NCBI GenBank assembly: GCA_963707215.1
Contig: CAVPPB010000003.1
Span: forward strand, 64,001-128,000
DNA: 64,000 nucleotides
Reading direction: 5' to 3'
DNA from: an uncultured Chloroflexia bacterium
GTDB lineage: Bacteria > Chloroflexota > Limnocylindria > Limnocylindrales > CSP1-4
The stretch's first letter is position 1; each line of letters opens with the position of its first letter. The notes under the pieces were generated by a model, which saw only the letters and a list, made by a program, of their open reading frames with translations, had not been told where the DNA came from and ran no database searches. This document shows positions 44,563 through 58,993 of the stretch, one piece after another. Both the position numbers and the translations under genes were made by a program.

Positions 44563-46299
44563 GTGCCCATGACCCCTACCCCCCGGCGGTTGATCGCGCT
44601 CGGCGCAGCCCTCGTGCTGACCGCGACCATGGCCGTCTCCGCCACCGGCGCCCAGCCTGACCCGAGCGGTCAGCTGATCCCGGTCCAGCTCCTGGCCTTC
44701 AACGACTACCACGGCCACCTCGAGTCGAGCACCCCAGGGATGATCGACGGGACCGCCGCCGGTGGAGCGGAGTACCTCGCGGCGAAGCTCGCCGAGCTGC
44801 GCGCGGGCAACAAGTTCAGCCTGACCGTGGCCGCCGGCGACCTGATCGGAGGCTCCCCGGCCTTCTCCGGCCTCTTCCACGACGAGCCGTCGGTCGAATC
44901 GCTGAACGCGATGGGCCTGGACGTCTCGAGCGTCGGCAACCATGAGTTCGACGAAGGGGTCACCGAGCTCCTGCGGATGCAGGACGGTGGCTGTCACCCG
45001 GTCGACGGCTGCTACTTCCCCGAGGCGCCCTACGCCGGGGCCGACTTCCAGTGGCTCGCCGCCAACGTCGTCAACGAGGGCACCGGCGAGACCCCCCTCC
45101 CGCCGTACTGGATCGAGCGCTTCAACAACGTCAAGGTCGGCTTCATCGGGATGACCCTCGAGGCGACCGACACCCTCGTTGCGGCCGTCGGCATCCAGGG
45201 CTGGGACTTCCTCGACGAGGCCGAGACGGCGAACGCGCTCGTGCCGATCCTCCAGGCCCAGGGTGTGGAGGCCATCGTCGTCCTGTTGCACGAGGGCGGT
45301 TCGCAGACGCCGCCTCCGGGCGCCATCGACGCCTGCGTCGGCATCTCCGGTCCGGTGGTCGCGATCAACGACGCGCTCGATCCCGCGATCGACGTGATGA
45401 TCACCGGCCACACCCACCTGCCGTACAACTGCGTCCTGCCCGACGCCGCCGGCCAGCCGCGCATCGTGACGAGCGCCTACTCGTACGGCCGCGTCGTCTC
45501 GGAGCTGGACCTCGTCCTCGACAAGCGGACCCACGACGTCCGCCGCGACCTCAGCACGGCGGCCAACCACCTCGTGGACCAGGCGGCCCTGACCCCGGAC
45601 GCGACGCAGACCGCGATCATCGCCAAGTGGCAGCCGCTCTACGACGCGGCCGGCAGCACGCCGGTCGGGACGATCACCACCGACATCAACCGGGGCGGCA
45701 CGCCGCCCGGATCCGACCGCGGCGTCGAATCCGCTGCTTCCAACCTCGTCGCCGACGCGCAGCTGTGGAACACCTCGGCCGCCGGCGCCGACGTGGCCTT
45801 CATGAACCCCGGTGGCGTCCGCTCCGACCTGATGTACGCCCAGTCGGCCGGTGAGGGCGACGGCGTCGTCACCTTCGGCGAGGCGTTCACCTTCCAGCCC
45901 TTCGGCAACACGCTCGTGACGTACGGGATGACCGGGGCCCAGATCCTCTCCGTCCTCGAGGAGCAGTGCCAGCCGGCCGGTTCCAGCCGCCCGTTCCTCC
46001 ACCTCGGCGTGTCGGAGGGCTTCACCTACGACCTCTCGAAGACGATCGTCGCGGGCACCTGCACCGCGGTCACCATCAGCAACGTCATGCTCAACGGCGT
46101 CGCGCTCGACCCGACCGCGACGTACGACGTGACGGTCAACAACTTCCTTGCCGACGGCGGCGACAACTTCACCACCTTCGGGACCATCACCTCCCCGCGC
46201 CTGGACGGTGGCAACGACCTGCAGGCCCTGGTCAACTACCTGGGCACCTTCAGCCCCGTCGCCCCGCCGAGCACCGACCGGGTGAACGAGCTGCCGTAG
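44563..46299 (+). CDS. Secreted bifunctional metallophosphatase / 5'-nucleotidase
   Basis: Signal peptide, FNDYHGHL, AAGDL, GNHEFD, GHTH, MNPGGVR, QPFGN, FLADGGD; GGAGGA SD. Confidence 0.92.
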   Translation: MPMTPTPRRLIALGAALVLTATMAVSATGAQPDPSGQLIPVQLLAFNDYHGHLESSTPGMIDGTAAGGAEYLAAKLAELRAGNKFSLTVAAGDLIGGSPAFSGLFHDEPSVESLNAMGLDVSSVGNHEFDEGVTELLRMQDGGCHPVDGCYFPEAPYAGADFQWLAANVVNEGTGETPLPPYWIERFNNVKVGFIGMTLEATDTLVAAVGIQGWDFLDEAETANALVPILQAQGVEAIVVLLHEGGSQTPPPGAIDACVGISGPVVAINDALDPAIDVMITGHTHLPYNCVLPDAAGQPRIVTSAYSYGRVVSELDLVLDKRTHDVRRDLSTAANHLVDQAALTPDATQTAIIAKWQPLYDAAGSTPVGTITTDINRGGTPPGSDRGVESAASNLVADAQLWNTSAAGADVAFMNPGGVRSDLMYAQSAGEGDGVVTFGEAFTFQPFGNTLVTYGMTGAQILSVLEEQCQPAGSSRPFLHLGVSEGFTYDLSKTIVAGTCTAVTISNVMLNGVALDPTATYDVTVNNFLADGGDNFTTFGTITSPRLDGGNDLQALVNYLGTFSPVAPPSTDRVNELP

Positions 46300-46323
46300 C
46301 GCACCATCCCTCGGGATGGACCG

Positions 46324-46364
46324 CCCCCGGGTCGGACGATCGTCCGGCCCGGGGGTCTTCGTTT
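46324..46364 (+). terminator. Intrinsic terminator after the 5'-nucleotidase gene
   Basis: GC hairpin CCCCCGGGTCGGAC...GTCCGGCCCGGGGG followed by TCTTCGTTT. Confidence 0.7.
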
Positions 46365-46383
46365 GCCTACGGACCGGTGCGGA

Positions 46384-47163
46384 TCACCCGCGGCGGAGGC
46401 GCCAGATGCACTCGGCCGGCCACCGCCTCGCCCAGGCGAGCTCGTCAGCGTCCCGGAACGTGGTGGTGGCGTCGGGAGGCGGGCGGGGCTCGATCAGGTC
46501 CTCGACCACGAACCCGTTCGCCCGGAACAGTCGGATCCACTCGCCGTACGGCAGCTGGTAGAAGACGTCCTCGCCGTCGTCGATCCGATGGAGGTCGAAG
46601 TAGTCGAGGGCCAGCCGGTCGCCGACCTTGTCGGCATCCAGCGGCCAGCAGATCGTCTCGATCGGCGAGTGGTGGCTGAACGCGAAGAGGCCACCGGGAC
46701 GGAGCAGCCGAGCGACCTCGGGGACGGTCCGGTACGGGTCGGCGAAGGTCATCGCCCCGTGATCGCAGAACACGATGTCGAAGGAGCGATCCGGGAGCGG
46801 CACGGCCTCGGCGCTGGCGTGTACGAGCGGGAACTCGACGCCGGCTTCCGCCATCAGCCGTCTCGCATGATCGAGCTGCCGAGCCGACAGGTCCAAGCCC
46901 ACTGGGCGGGCACCGACCCGAGCCAGCCCGATCGACCACTGCGCCGCGCCGCAACCGAGCTCCAGGACGTCCTTGCCCGCCACGTCGCCAAGGACCGGCA
47001 GCTCCGACTCACGGATCCCGCTGGTGCCCCAGTGGAGCCCGTCGTCCGCCGCGAGCGTCTCCGCGTGCTTCGCCTGGTACTCGTCGCTGTAGGCATCCCA
47101 CATGGCCCGGTTGCGGGCGGCGTCAGGCGTGAGGCCGGGGAGATCCCTGGCGTCGCCGCTCAT
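46384..47163 (-). CDS. Class I SAM-dependent methyltransferase
   Basis: VLELGCGAAQ, GLDLS..QL, SFDIVF, RLLRPGG; ATG overlaps the upstream stop. Confidence 0.88.
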   Translation of the reverse strand: MSGDARDLPGLTPDAARNRAMWDAYSDEYQAKHAETLAADDGLHWGTSGIRESELPVLGDVAGKDVLELGCGAAQWSIGLARVGARPVGLDLSARQLDHARRLMAEAGVEFPLVHASAEAVPLPDRSFDIVFCDHGAMTFADPYRTVPEVARLLRPGGLFAFSHHSPIETICWPLDADKVGDRLALDYFDLHRIDDGEDVFYQLPYGEWIRLFRANGFVVEDLIEPRPPPDATTTFRDADELAWARRWPAECIWRLRRG

Positions 47164-48461
47164 CGCTCGGCACTCGCGGTCGGTGTCGGCCCAGGACTGC
47201 CGGATCGGGCCTGCTCCCAGAGTTCCTGGAACGCCTCGACCGCGGCGTCGGCGAAGTCGTCGTCGTTGATGTTCGCCCCCACGGTCAGGCACCGGATGTC
47301 GGGCCGAAGGCGCGCGCGGATCGCCTCGAACAGGACCTCGTCGGCAGCAGGGTCGGCGAACGGCCCGCCGACCCGCGAGAACGTCGAGCAGCCGCCCAGC
47401 GGCAGGAGGACCGTCGTCGGGCCGGTCGCCACGTTGACCCGCTCGGCGAAGCGAGTGCCGATCTCGGCCGCCTCGGATGGGTCCGCCCGGACCGAGGTGA
47501 CGGACGGACTGTGGATAACGATGCACCGGTCCGAGCCGGCGAACCGCTCCGGGACGCTCGCCCGCGGTCCGAAGTTGACGACCTCCAGGGCACCGGGGGC
47601 CACGACCTGCGGGAGCCCCTGGAGACCCGCCGTCGTCAGGCGCTCGGGTCCGGCCGAGAGGATCCCTCCGTAGAGCTCCGAGGTGAGCTCGTTGGTCGTG
47701 AGGTCGACGACCCCGTCGATCGCGCCCGCCCCGATGAGCTGCTCCATCGCCATGCCACCGGAGCCGTTGGCGTGGAAGACGATCGTCTCGAAGCCGGCTG
47801 CCTCCAACCGGGCCTGGACCGCCCGCGCACCCGCGGTCGTCACGCCCATCATCGAGATCGCGACGAGCGGGGCGTCCGTCTCCATCACGGTCGCCGCCCG
47901 GAGCACCATGCCGGCCATGGCATTGGCGGCGTTGGCGAGGACCCGGCGCGAGACCCGATTGAGCCCCTGGATGTCCGTCACCGAGTTGACGAGCGTCAGA
48001 TCGCTCGACCCGACGTAGGGCCGCATGTCGCCCGACGTCATCGTCGACACGAGGAGCTTCGGGACGCCGAGCGGGAGCGACCGCAGGACCGCCGAGACGA
48101 TCGTCGAGCCGCCGCTGCCACCGAGGCCCATGACGCCGTCGCAGCGACCGCTGGCACGCCATCCGGTCACCAGCTCGGTGGCTCCGCGGGCCATCGCCTC
48201 AAGAGCGATCGCCCGGTGGCCGGCCTCCATCCCGGCAGCCCGCAGCTCCTCGATCGTGGTCCCGGCAGCCCGGGCGACGTCATGGGCCGCCACGTCGGCC
48301 TCCACGGTCGGGCGGTCGAGGATGCCGACATCGACCAGGGTCGCCTCTACGCCGGCCTCGCGAAGCCGATCGCGGACGAAGGCATGCTCGGGCCCCTTCG
48401 TGTCGAGCGTACCCAGGACGATGACGACCGGCCTCGTGACCACGGACGCATCATCGACCAT
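47160..48461 (-). CDS. UPF0261 / Tm-1-like ATP-binding domain protein
   Basis: LGTLDTKG.E, GGSGG, LP.GVPKL.VST, VTDI.GLN, MMGVTT, FHANGSGG.AME, DLTT.E, NINDD.FA. Start 48461 or 48443. Confidence 0.85.
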   Translation of the reverse strand: MVDDASVVTRPVVIVLGTLDTKGPEHAFVRDRLREAGVEATLVDVGILDRPTVEADVAAHDVARAAGTTIEELRAAGMEAGHRAIALEAMARGATELVTGWRASGRCDGVMGLGGSGGSTIVSAVLRSLPLGVPKLLVSTMTSGDMRPYVGSSDLTLVNSVTDIQGLNRVSRRVLANAANAMAGMVLRAATVMETDAPLVAISMMGVTTAGARAVQARLEAAGFETIVFHANGSGGMAMEQLIGAGAIDGVVDLTTNELTSELYGGILSAGPERLTTAGLQGLPQVVAPGALEVVNFGPRASVPERFAGSDRCIVIHSPSVTSVRADPSEAAEIGTRFAERVNVATGPTTVLLPLGGCSTFSRVGGPFADPAADEVLFEAIRARLRPDIRCLTVGANINDDDFADAAVEAFQELWEQARSGSPGPTPTASAER

Positions 48462-48643
48462 CGAGCGATCCGCCGCGCACCGGACCCGAACCTCGAGGCA
48501 CGGAGCCGGTCGACCTTCGGCCCTTGGGTGGACGGGGGGGTGCTGCCAGCATCCGTGCCATCGGCGTCGCCGGCCCGCTGCCCGATCAGCTGGCGGACGC
48601 CCCGACACACCCTTGGAGGGATGCTGTGGTCAGTCCATCGGCG

Positions 48644-50170
48644 ATGACCGAGAGCGTCATCCAGAGCCGGCTCGGTCGGCTGCGCGGGGATGTCGAGCGG
48701 GGCGTCCATCGGTTCCTGGGTGTCCCGTATGCCCAGCCGCCCTTCGGCCCGGGTCACCTGCGACCACCGCGCAGGGTCGTCCCGTGGGACGGCGTCCGGG
48801 AGGCGCTCGCGTTCGGCCCGGAGCCGCCGCAACCCAGGGTGCCCGCCGACCATCCCGCCGCGGCGATGGTCTGGGACCCGGCCATCCCCGGCGAGGACTG
48901 CCTGAACCTCAACGTCTGGACGCCTGACCCGGCGACGTCGGGTCTGCCGGTGATGGTCTGGATCCCCGGTGGCATGTTCGAGGTCGGAAGCGGGGCGACC
49001 TATGACGGCAGCCGCTTCGCCCGCGACGGCGTCGTCTGCGTGACGATCAACTATCGCGTCGGCGCCGAAGGGTTCCTCTTCCTGGACGACGGGGACCCGA
49101 ACCTCGGCCTTCTCGACCAGGTCGCCGCGCTCGAGTGGGTCCGTGACCACATCGCGGCGTTCGGCGGCGATCCCGACAACATCACGGTCTTCGGCGAGTC
49201 GGCCGGGGCGATGAGCATCGGCACGCTGCTCTCGATGCCACGAGCCGACGGCCTCTTCCGGCGGGCCATCTGTGAGAGCGGTGCGGCCCACCGGGTCGTC
49301 CCGGCCGACACGGCGCGACGGGTCGGCACGCTCCTGGCCGACCGACTGGGGATCGCGGCGCGCCGGGACGTGGTGGCAGAGGTGGACCCGGCCCGTCTGC
49401 TCGGGGCGGCGACGGCGCTCAAGGCGGAGATGCTGGAAGATCCGGATCCCGATCGCTGGAGCCTCGACGTCGTCGCCAGCGCGCTGCCCTGGCAGCCGGT
49501 CGTGGACGGTGCGGTGGTACCGGCTCGACCCGTCGACCGGATCGCCGCCGGCGCCGGTGCCGAGCTCGACGTCATCGTCGGCTGGAACGCCGACGACTGG
49601 CGTCTACTGACCATCTCCAACGGCTCGCTCGACCGAGTGACCGAGGTGTCCCTGACGGGCCCGGTCCGCGAGCATGGGTTCGAGACCGCCGCCGCCTACG
49701 GCCTGGGCCCTGATGCGGTCGCTGCCTATGGGGCGGTCTTCCCGGCGGCGAGACCCGGCGAGCTCCTCGCGGAGATCCAGTCCGATTGGTGGTGTCGCAT
49801 CCCGGCCCAGCGGCTCGCCGATGCCCGGGCGCGGTCGTCTGGCGGTACGTACGTCTACGAGTTCGGATGGCCATCGCCCGCATTCGGCGGGGTGTTCGGT
49901 GCCTGCCACGCCCTCGAGATCCCGTTCGTCTTCGACACGCTCGACCTCGGGCCCCGACAGATGCAGGGATCCCTTCTCGGCGACGCTCCGCCCCAGGCCC
50001 TGGCCGACGCGATGCACGGCGCCTGGACGTCGTTCGCGAGCACCGGCGATCCCGGTTGGCCGCGCTACGACGGGATCCGACGACCCACCATGCGCTTCGA
50101 GGTCGAGTCGCGGGTCCTCGACGACCCTCGAGCCGTCGAGCGGGCCATCTGGGATGGCCTCCTCCTCTAG
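48644..50170 (+). CDS. Type B carboxylesterase (PnbA-like)
   Basis: FLGVPYA.PP, EDCL.LNVW, NYRVG, FGGDP.NIT.FGESAG, ACH..EIP. Confidence 0.92.
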   Translation: MTESVIQSRLGRLRGDVERGVHRFLGVPYAQPPFGPGHLRPPRRVVPWDGVREALAFGPEPPQPRVPADHPAAAMVWDPAIPGEDCLNLNVWTPDPATSGLPVMVWIPGGMFEVGSGATYDGSRFARDGVVCVTINYRVGAEGFLFLDDGDPNLGLLDQVAALEWVRDHIAAFGGDPDNITVFGESAGAMSIGTLLSMPRADGLFRRAICESGAAHRVVPADTARRVGTLLADRLGIAARRDVVAEVDPARLLGAATALKAEMLEDPDPDRWSLDVVASALPWQPVVDGAVVPARPVDRIAAGAGAELDVIVGWNADDWRLLTISNGSLDRVTEVSLTGPVREHGFETAAAYGLGPDAVAAYGAVFPAARPGELLAEIQSDWWCRIPAQRLADARARSSGGTYVYEFGWPSPAFGGVFGACHALEIPFVFDTLDLGPRQMQGSLLGDAPPQALADAMHGAWTSFASTGDPGWPRYDGIRRPTMRFEVESRVLDDPRAVERAIWDGLLL

Positions 50171-50186
50171 CGACCCGAGCGACGAC

Positions 50187-51576
50187 GTGCGCCCGGCGAT
50201 CCGGCGGCTCACGACGTACGACCAGCACTGTCTCCGCGTCGAGACCCCCGCCCGGCCGCTCCAGCTCGGGGTGCTGGCCGTCCTCGAGGGCGGTGGGCTG
50301 CTCGACCGGACCGGTCGGCTGCGCGTCGATGCCGCCCGCTCGTCCATCGAGCGCCGCCTGGCCGAGGTGCCCCAGCTCCGCCAGGTCGTCCACGACCCCG
50401 GACCCCTGGCCGGCGGACCCATCTGGGTCGACGACCCCGCGTTCCGGATCGAGGAGCAGGTGGTCGCCGTCGACCTGCCGCCTCCCGGTGACGAGGCGAC
50501 CCTGCTGGCGCTCGTGGAGCGCCTGGTCGCCCCGCCGCTCGACCGGAGCCGCCCACTGTGGCGGATGTGGCTCATCGGTGGCCTGGAGGGGGGTCGCGTC
50601 GGGGCACTCGTCGTGCTCCATCACGCGCTCGCCGATGGGCGGACCGCGATGCGGATGGTCCGCTCGCTGCTGGAGGGTGACGACGCATCGTCCGAGCCCG
50701 CGGCGCCGACGCCGACGAAGGTCGCTCCCCCACCGCCATGGCGAGTCCTCGTCGGGGATCGCGTCAGAGCGACGGGAGCCTCGGTCCGGCAGCTCGCCCG
50801 CCCGGCCACCTGGCGGCAGTTCGCCGAGGTCGTCCGCTACGGTCGCCGAGTCATCGCCCTCGGGCGTCGCTCTCGAGCCGTCCTCGCTCAACGCCCCGGT
50901 CGGCCCCAGACGGCGCCTCACCGTGCTGCGGCTGGAAGGAACGGCCGCCAGGCGGATCGCTCGGTCCGAGGGTGCCTCGGTCAACGACCTCATCCTCTGC
51001 CTGGTCGCGGGAGGGCTGCGGTCGCTGCTCCAGGGCCGTGGCGAGCGCGTGGAACGGCTGAAGCCACGCGTCGGCATCGCGGTGGCCCTGTTCAGCGCTG
51101 GCCGCGGCGACCGACCCGGCAACGACATCGGCACGATGCTGCTCCCGTTGCCGGTGGCCGAGGCCGACCCGCGGGCCCGGCTGGCCCGCATCGCGGTGGC
51201 GACCGACCGAGCCGGTCGAGACCCGATGATCGCGATCGAACCGACCTTCCGCGCCTGGATCCGCCGGCTCGGCGGCGGGCGCTCGATGGAGCACCAGCGC
51301 CTGGTCAACCTCCACGAGACCTTCCTGCCCGGCCCGCCGAGGCCCATCCGGGCGCTCGGCACCGAGGTCCTCGAGCTGGTCCCGGTCGCGCCGTTGGCCG
51401 GGAACCTGGGGCTCTCGGTCGTCGGCCTGTCCTACGCCGGGCGACTCGTGATCGCCGTCCGCGCCGACGCGGACACGTTCCCGGACCTCGATGTCATGAC
51501 CGAGGCCATGCAGGGGGATCTGCGGGCCCTCGACGCGGGGATCGGAGCGGTCAGACCGGGGGCCTCGATCCCGTAG
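50187..51576 (+). pseudogene. Wax ester synthase / diacylglycerol acyltransferase, frameshifted near 50860
   Basis: LDRSRPLW and catalytic HHALADG in the first frame; SLN.PVG..R, SVND, PGP, LSYAG in the +1 frame. Repaired length about 462 aa. Confidence 0.8.
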
Positions 51577-51603
51577 CCGGGACCGCTGGCCGGCGCTGGT
51601 CGC

Positions 51604-53280
<1,677 letters not shown>

Positions 53281-53328
53281 GGCCCAAGGGTACCGAGGCG
53301 ACCCGCACCGTGCCGCCCGCCGGTCGCG

Positions 53329-53874
53329 TCAGGCCGGCTCTGACGGGCCGTCCGCGGCGCCGGGTGCGATCCGCGGCCGGAAGGCCCGGGTGACCACCAG
53401 GAGGAGCAGCCAGGCGTCCATGAAGAGCACGAGCACGATCGAGCCGAGGTAGAGCGCAGCCTCGTGCTCCGGGAGCAGGCCGAGGACGACCACGACCAGG
53501 GCGATGGTCATGGGCACCCAGAAGACCGCTCCGGTCACCTCCATCCTCCAACGGGCCCCGAGCGGCTGGGCGGCCATGTACGCCCGGCGCTCCGGGAAGA
53601 TGCGGATGAAGACCTCGTCGCCGGCCCAGAAGAGGACGAGCGCGCAGAGACTGCACGTCAGCCAGAGCTCGTGGCCGCCGACGCCGAAGCGGCCCATGAC
53701 GACCGGGACGAGCGCAAGGACGACCACCACGATCGCCAGCCAGACGATCATGCCGACGCCGGTCAAGTCGTACACGTCGCCCCTGTCGCCGCCTCGGATG
53801 GCGATGAGCGCCCCGAAGCCGACGAAGATGCCGGCGATCTCGGCCAGCGAGAGGAACAGCTCGACGTCCTGCAT
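53329..53874 (-). CDS. Hypothetical multi-TM membrane protein
   Basis: Five hydrophobic segments, LAEIA..FVGF start motif, GGAGGAGG SD. Confidence 0.7.
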   Translation of the reverse strand: MQDVELFLSLAEIAGIFVGFGALIAIRGGDRGDVYDLTGVGMIVWLAIVVVVLALVPVVMGRFGVGGHELWLTCSLCALVLFWAGDEVFIRIFPERRAYMAAQPLGARWRMEVTGAVFWVPMTIALVVVVLGLLPEHEAALYLGSIVLVLFMDAWLLLLVVTRAFRPRIAPGAADGPSEPA

Positions 53875-54146
53875 GGCCCGCCTCCTCCACGGCGACGGCC
53901 GGCCCGCGATCTGGGGTCCGATGCCTCGTGCACGTGCTCACCGGCCGTCTGCCGAGGTCAGCGTGCTCGTCCAGAGAGGCCGGCACCAGAGGCGGATGGC
54001 CTCGCGGCGCCGCACGTGCGCCAGGCAGCGGACACGAGGTTCGCCGCCGATGAAGCGGCCCGACCGAACCCATCGGTGCCGTCTGCGGGTCGCACACCAG
54101 CTCGAGACTCTCGACGAACACCTCCGACAGCAAGAACAACCAGCAC

Positions 54147-54704
54147 GCACGACGGGGGCTCGTGCTCCAGGAGGCGAACTCCATCGGCACGACGTACCTC
54201 CGGGCCGGCTACCTGCCCGAACCGGCAGCCAGCGACAGCCGGGACCTGCTCCGCGAGTACGTGCCCCTGCGCATCGTCGGCAACGACCTGGCTGACATCC
54301 AGGAGCGCATCGCCCGTTCGGTCGAGATCCAGGACGAGCTTTGGACGATCGCCGAGGACCTGGCCCGGGACCGGTCGTCCGACGTGCTGGCCCTCTACAT
54401 CGATTCCCTGAACGAGACCATCGACCTGAACGAGTCGCGCGTCACTGCCGGCCTGTACGCTCGCGTGCCGGAGACGGTCCTGGTGCTCCTCATCGTCGGC
54501 TCGGCCCTGACGCTGGGGATGCTGGGCTACAGCGCCGGCCTGACACGGCGGCGCAGTCCGCTGACCGCGGTCGTGATGATCGCCGTCCTCGGGGCGGTGA
54601 TCACGCTCGTGGTGGACCTGGACCGACCTCGCGACGGCTTCCTGGAGGTCAACCAGCAGCCGCTCATCGACCTGCAGCAGCAGATCGGACCACCCGGCGC
54701 CTGA
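54147..54704 (+). pseudogene. 5'-truncated DUF4239 / bestrophin-like membrane protein
   Basis: ARRGLVLQEANSIGTTYLRA...SLNE.ID...R...P...DLDRPR.G; the expected N-terminal TM helices are absent upstream in frame. Confidence 0.6.
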
Positions 54705-54786
54705 CGCCCGAGGAACGCATCGACGTCGTGCCGAGAGGCTCTGGCGGGCTGCCTCCGGTTCCCGATACTGGGGGCGGAGGGTCGCC

Positions 54787-54981
54787 ATGCAACCTTGGTC
54801 TCGCTCGGCCGGGTCCGCGCTCCTCGTCCTGGTGGTGGCCGTCGTCTTCGTCGTCGTCGTGATCTGGGCGGTCTCCCCGGAGGACGTGCGCGGCGTGCTG
54901 ATGCTCGCCGGTGGCGTGCTGACCGTGGCCGTCTACGTGGTCCTGTACGTCCTCCAGCGCCGCCGGCACTGGGGCTCCTGA
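54787..54981 (+). CDS. Small two-TM membrane protein
   Basis: GGAGG SD, two hydrophobic helices, RRRH tail. Confidence 0.6.
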   Translation: MQPWSRSAGSALLVLVVAVVFVVVVIWAVSPEDVRGVLMLAGGVLTVAVYVVLYVLQRRRHWGS

Positions 54982-55080
54982 CCCGGCCGCCCCGCGGCCC
55001 TTCAGGCGCTGCCGCCGCCTGCCGTGGGCGAGGCCGCCGGGCGCCTGCGGCGATCTCCGGGCGGCTGCTACCGTGGCGCG

Positions 55081-57426
<2,346 letters not shown>

Positions 57427-57439
57427 TCGCCGCGTCCTC

Positions 57440-57979
57440 CTAGCGGGAGCGATCCGACGCGTCGTAGGCGACCATGCCGCCGAAGGTGAACGTCATGTAT
57501 CCGTCCGGCAGGCCGAACAGCGCGTCGCCACCGGGAACGTCGCCGACGGTCTCCCACGAGCCGGAGCCCGTGGCGCTCGCGAAGCGGCCCGTCCCGCCGA
57601 CCGCCGTCCAGGTGCCCTCCCCGGTGAAGCCCTCCATGGCCCCGATCACCGCGTACGTGCCGACATGGGCGATCACCAGCTCGTCGCCGTTGTCGGCCAC
57701 GAAGGTGAAGGTTCCCGGGGTGATGCTGAAGTCCGGGTACGTGCAGTGCGTGAATGTGTAGTCGACCGGGCCCAGATGCGACATCTGGCCAGTGCCCCAC
57801 CCATGGAAGCGCCAGATCGCGCCCTCCCCGCAGCCGGGGGCGGTCACGTCGGGCGCACCTTCGCCCAGCAAGGTTCCCCGGATCGGGACAGCCTTGCCGG
57901 GTCCGCCGGCCAGCACCGAGCTCGTGCTCAACGCCAGGAGGGCCGCGACGACGAACAGGACGCGAAGGAACCGCAACAT
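57440..57979 (-). CDS. Secreted beta-barrel protein (dirigent/allene-oxide-cyclase-like motif)
   Basis: Signal peptide ending VLA; W.AVGGTGRFASATGSG motif; two Cys; GAGAGGAG SD. Confidence 0.65.
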   Translation of the reverse strand: MLRFLRVLFVVAALLALSTSSVLAGGPGKAVPIRGTLLGEGAPDVTAPGCGEGAIWRFHGWGTGQMSHLGPVDYTFTHCTYPDFSITPGTFTFVADNGDELVIAHVGTYAVIGAMEGFTGEGTWTAVGGTGRFASATGSGSWETVGDVPGGDALFGLPDGYMTFTFGGMVAYDASDRSR

Positions 57980-58077
57980 CACGAGCTCCTCTCGCTTCCT
58001 GTGTGGCCCGACTCCCCCATGGCCCTCCGATCTCCCGCTCAGTCGATCCCAGCTGACGGTCCGGCGTTGATCCCGCC

Positions 58078-58965
58078 TCAGCGAGGCGGCTCGCTCGCCT
58101 CGAACCCAGCCGCCGCGAGCGCCTCGACGAGGACGTCGACACCCGGACCAGTGAGGTGCATCGCGTCGTCGAGGATCCAGCCCTGCTCGGCCGGGTCCTG
58201 GTCGTGCCCTGGGCCGGTGAAGACGTCGAGCATCGACACGTAGACCGCCCCGGCCGCCTCGGCCGCCTCGCGCATCACCTGGTCGATGGCCTCCTCGCCA
58301 GCCGTGCACTCGGTCTCGATCCCCAGCCGGCGCCAGACGGGGATCCACGGGTTCCAGCCGCCATAGCCCCGGATGACCGTCGGCCGGCCCTCCCGCAGCG
58401 TCCAGATCGCCTCGTACTCCCGGTCGAGCGCGTCCCGCCATGCCTGCCAGTCCTCGACGGTGGTCGCCTTGGGCGGTGGATCCCACGTCTGCCCAGGGGC
58501 GAACGTCCCACCCGGGTAGTCCGGATCGAAGACTTCGAGCGCCTCGAGGCAGGGCAGGAACTCCGGTGGCTCGTAGTCGGCGGGTGGGAAGTAGAAGAGG
58601 ATCACTTCGGCCCCGGCCACGATGTCGGCATAGAAGCCCTCTGTCCCGCTCAGGAGCTCGGAAGGCAGCGCGCCGATCTTGCTGTGGGTCCGCACCTCGC
58701 GGCCGAGCGCGGCCGCAAGGAGGGGCGCGTACCGCTCGGAGACGCCCGCGCCACCCGAGGCAGCCACGACCACCAGGTCGACCGGCTCAGCCGAGGGGGA
58801 CGCCTCGCCACCTGAGCTCGAGAGCGCCGCCGTAGCCGATGGCGCGGCAGTGGGTGTCGGCGTTGCTGTCACGGACGGTGTGAGCGTCGCCCCGCTGGCG
58901 CCGCAGGATGCGAGCGAACCTGCCAGCACCACCACGACAGCGAGGACGACGACTGAGCGGGTCAT
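58078..58965 (-). CDS. Lipoprotein, SGNH-hydrolase-like
   Basis: Lipobox LASC, Thr/Pro linker, C-terminal DAMHL..G (DxxH); block I degenerate (VAASGG). Confidence 0.65.
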   Translation of the reverse strand: MTRSVVVLAVVVVLAGSLASCGASGATLTPSVTATPTPTAAPSATAALSSSGGEASPSAEPVDLVVVAASGGAGVSERYAPLLAAALGREVRTHSKIGALPSELLSGTEGFYADIVAGAEVILFYFPPADYEPPEFLPCLEALEVFDPDYPGGTFAPGQTWDPPPKATTVEDWQAWRDALDREYEAIWTLREGRPTVIRGYGGWNPWIPVWRRLGIETECTAGEEAIDQVMREAAEAAGAVYVSMLDVFTGPGHDQDPAEQGWILDDAMHLTGPGVDVLVEALAAAGFEASEPPR

Positions 58966-58993
58966 CCCCTGTCCCCCTTCCAGGACGCCTGCG

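Noticed and set aside
41386-46002. 1538-aa ORF as one giant protein
   Set aside because: The first ~600 aa are the antisense shadow of the 5'-nucleotidase gene plus intergenic DNA; the real protein starts near 44181.
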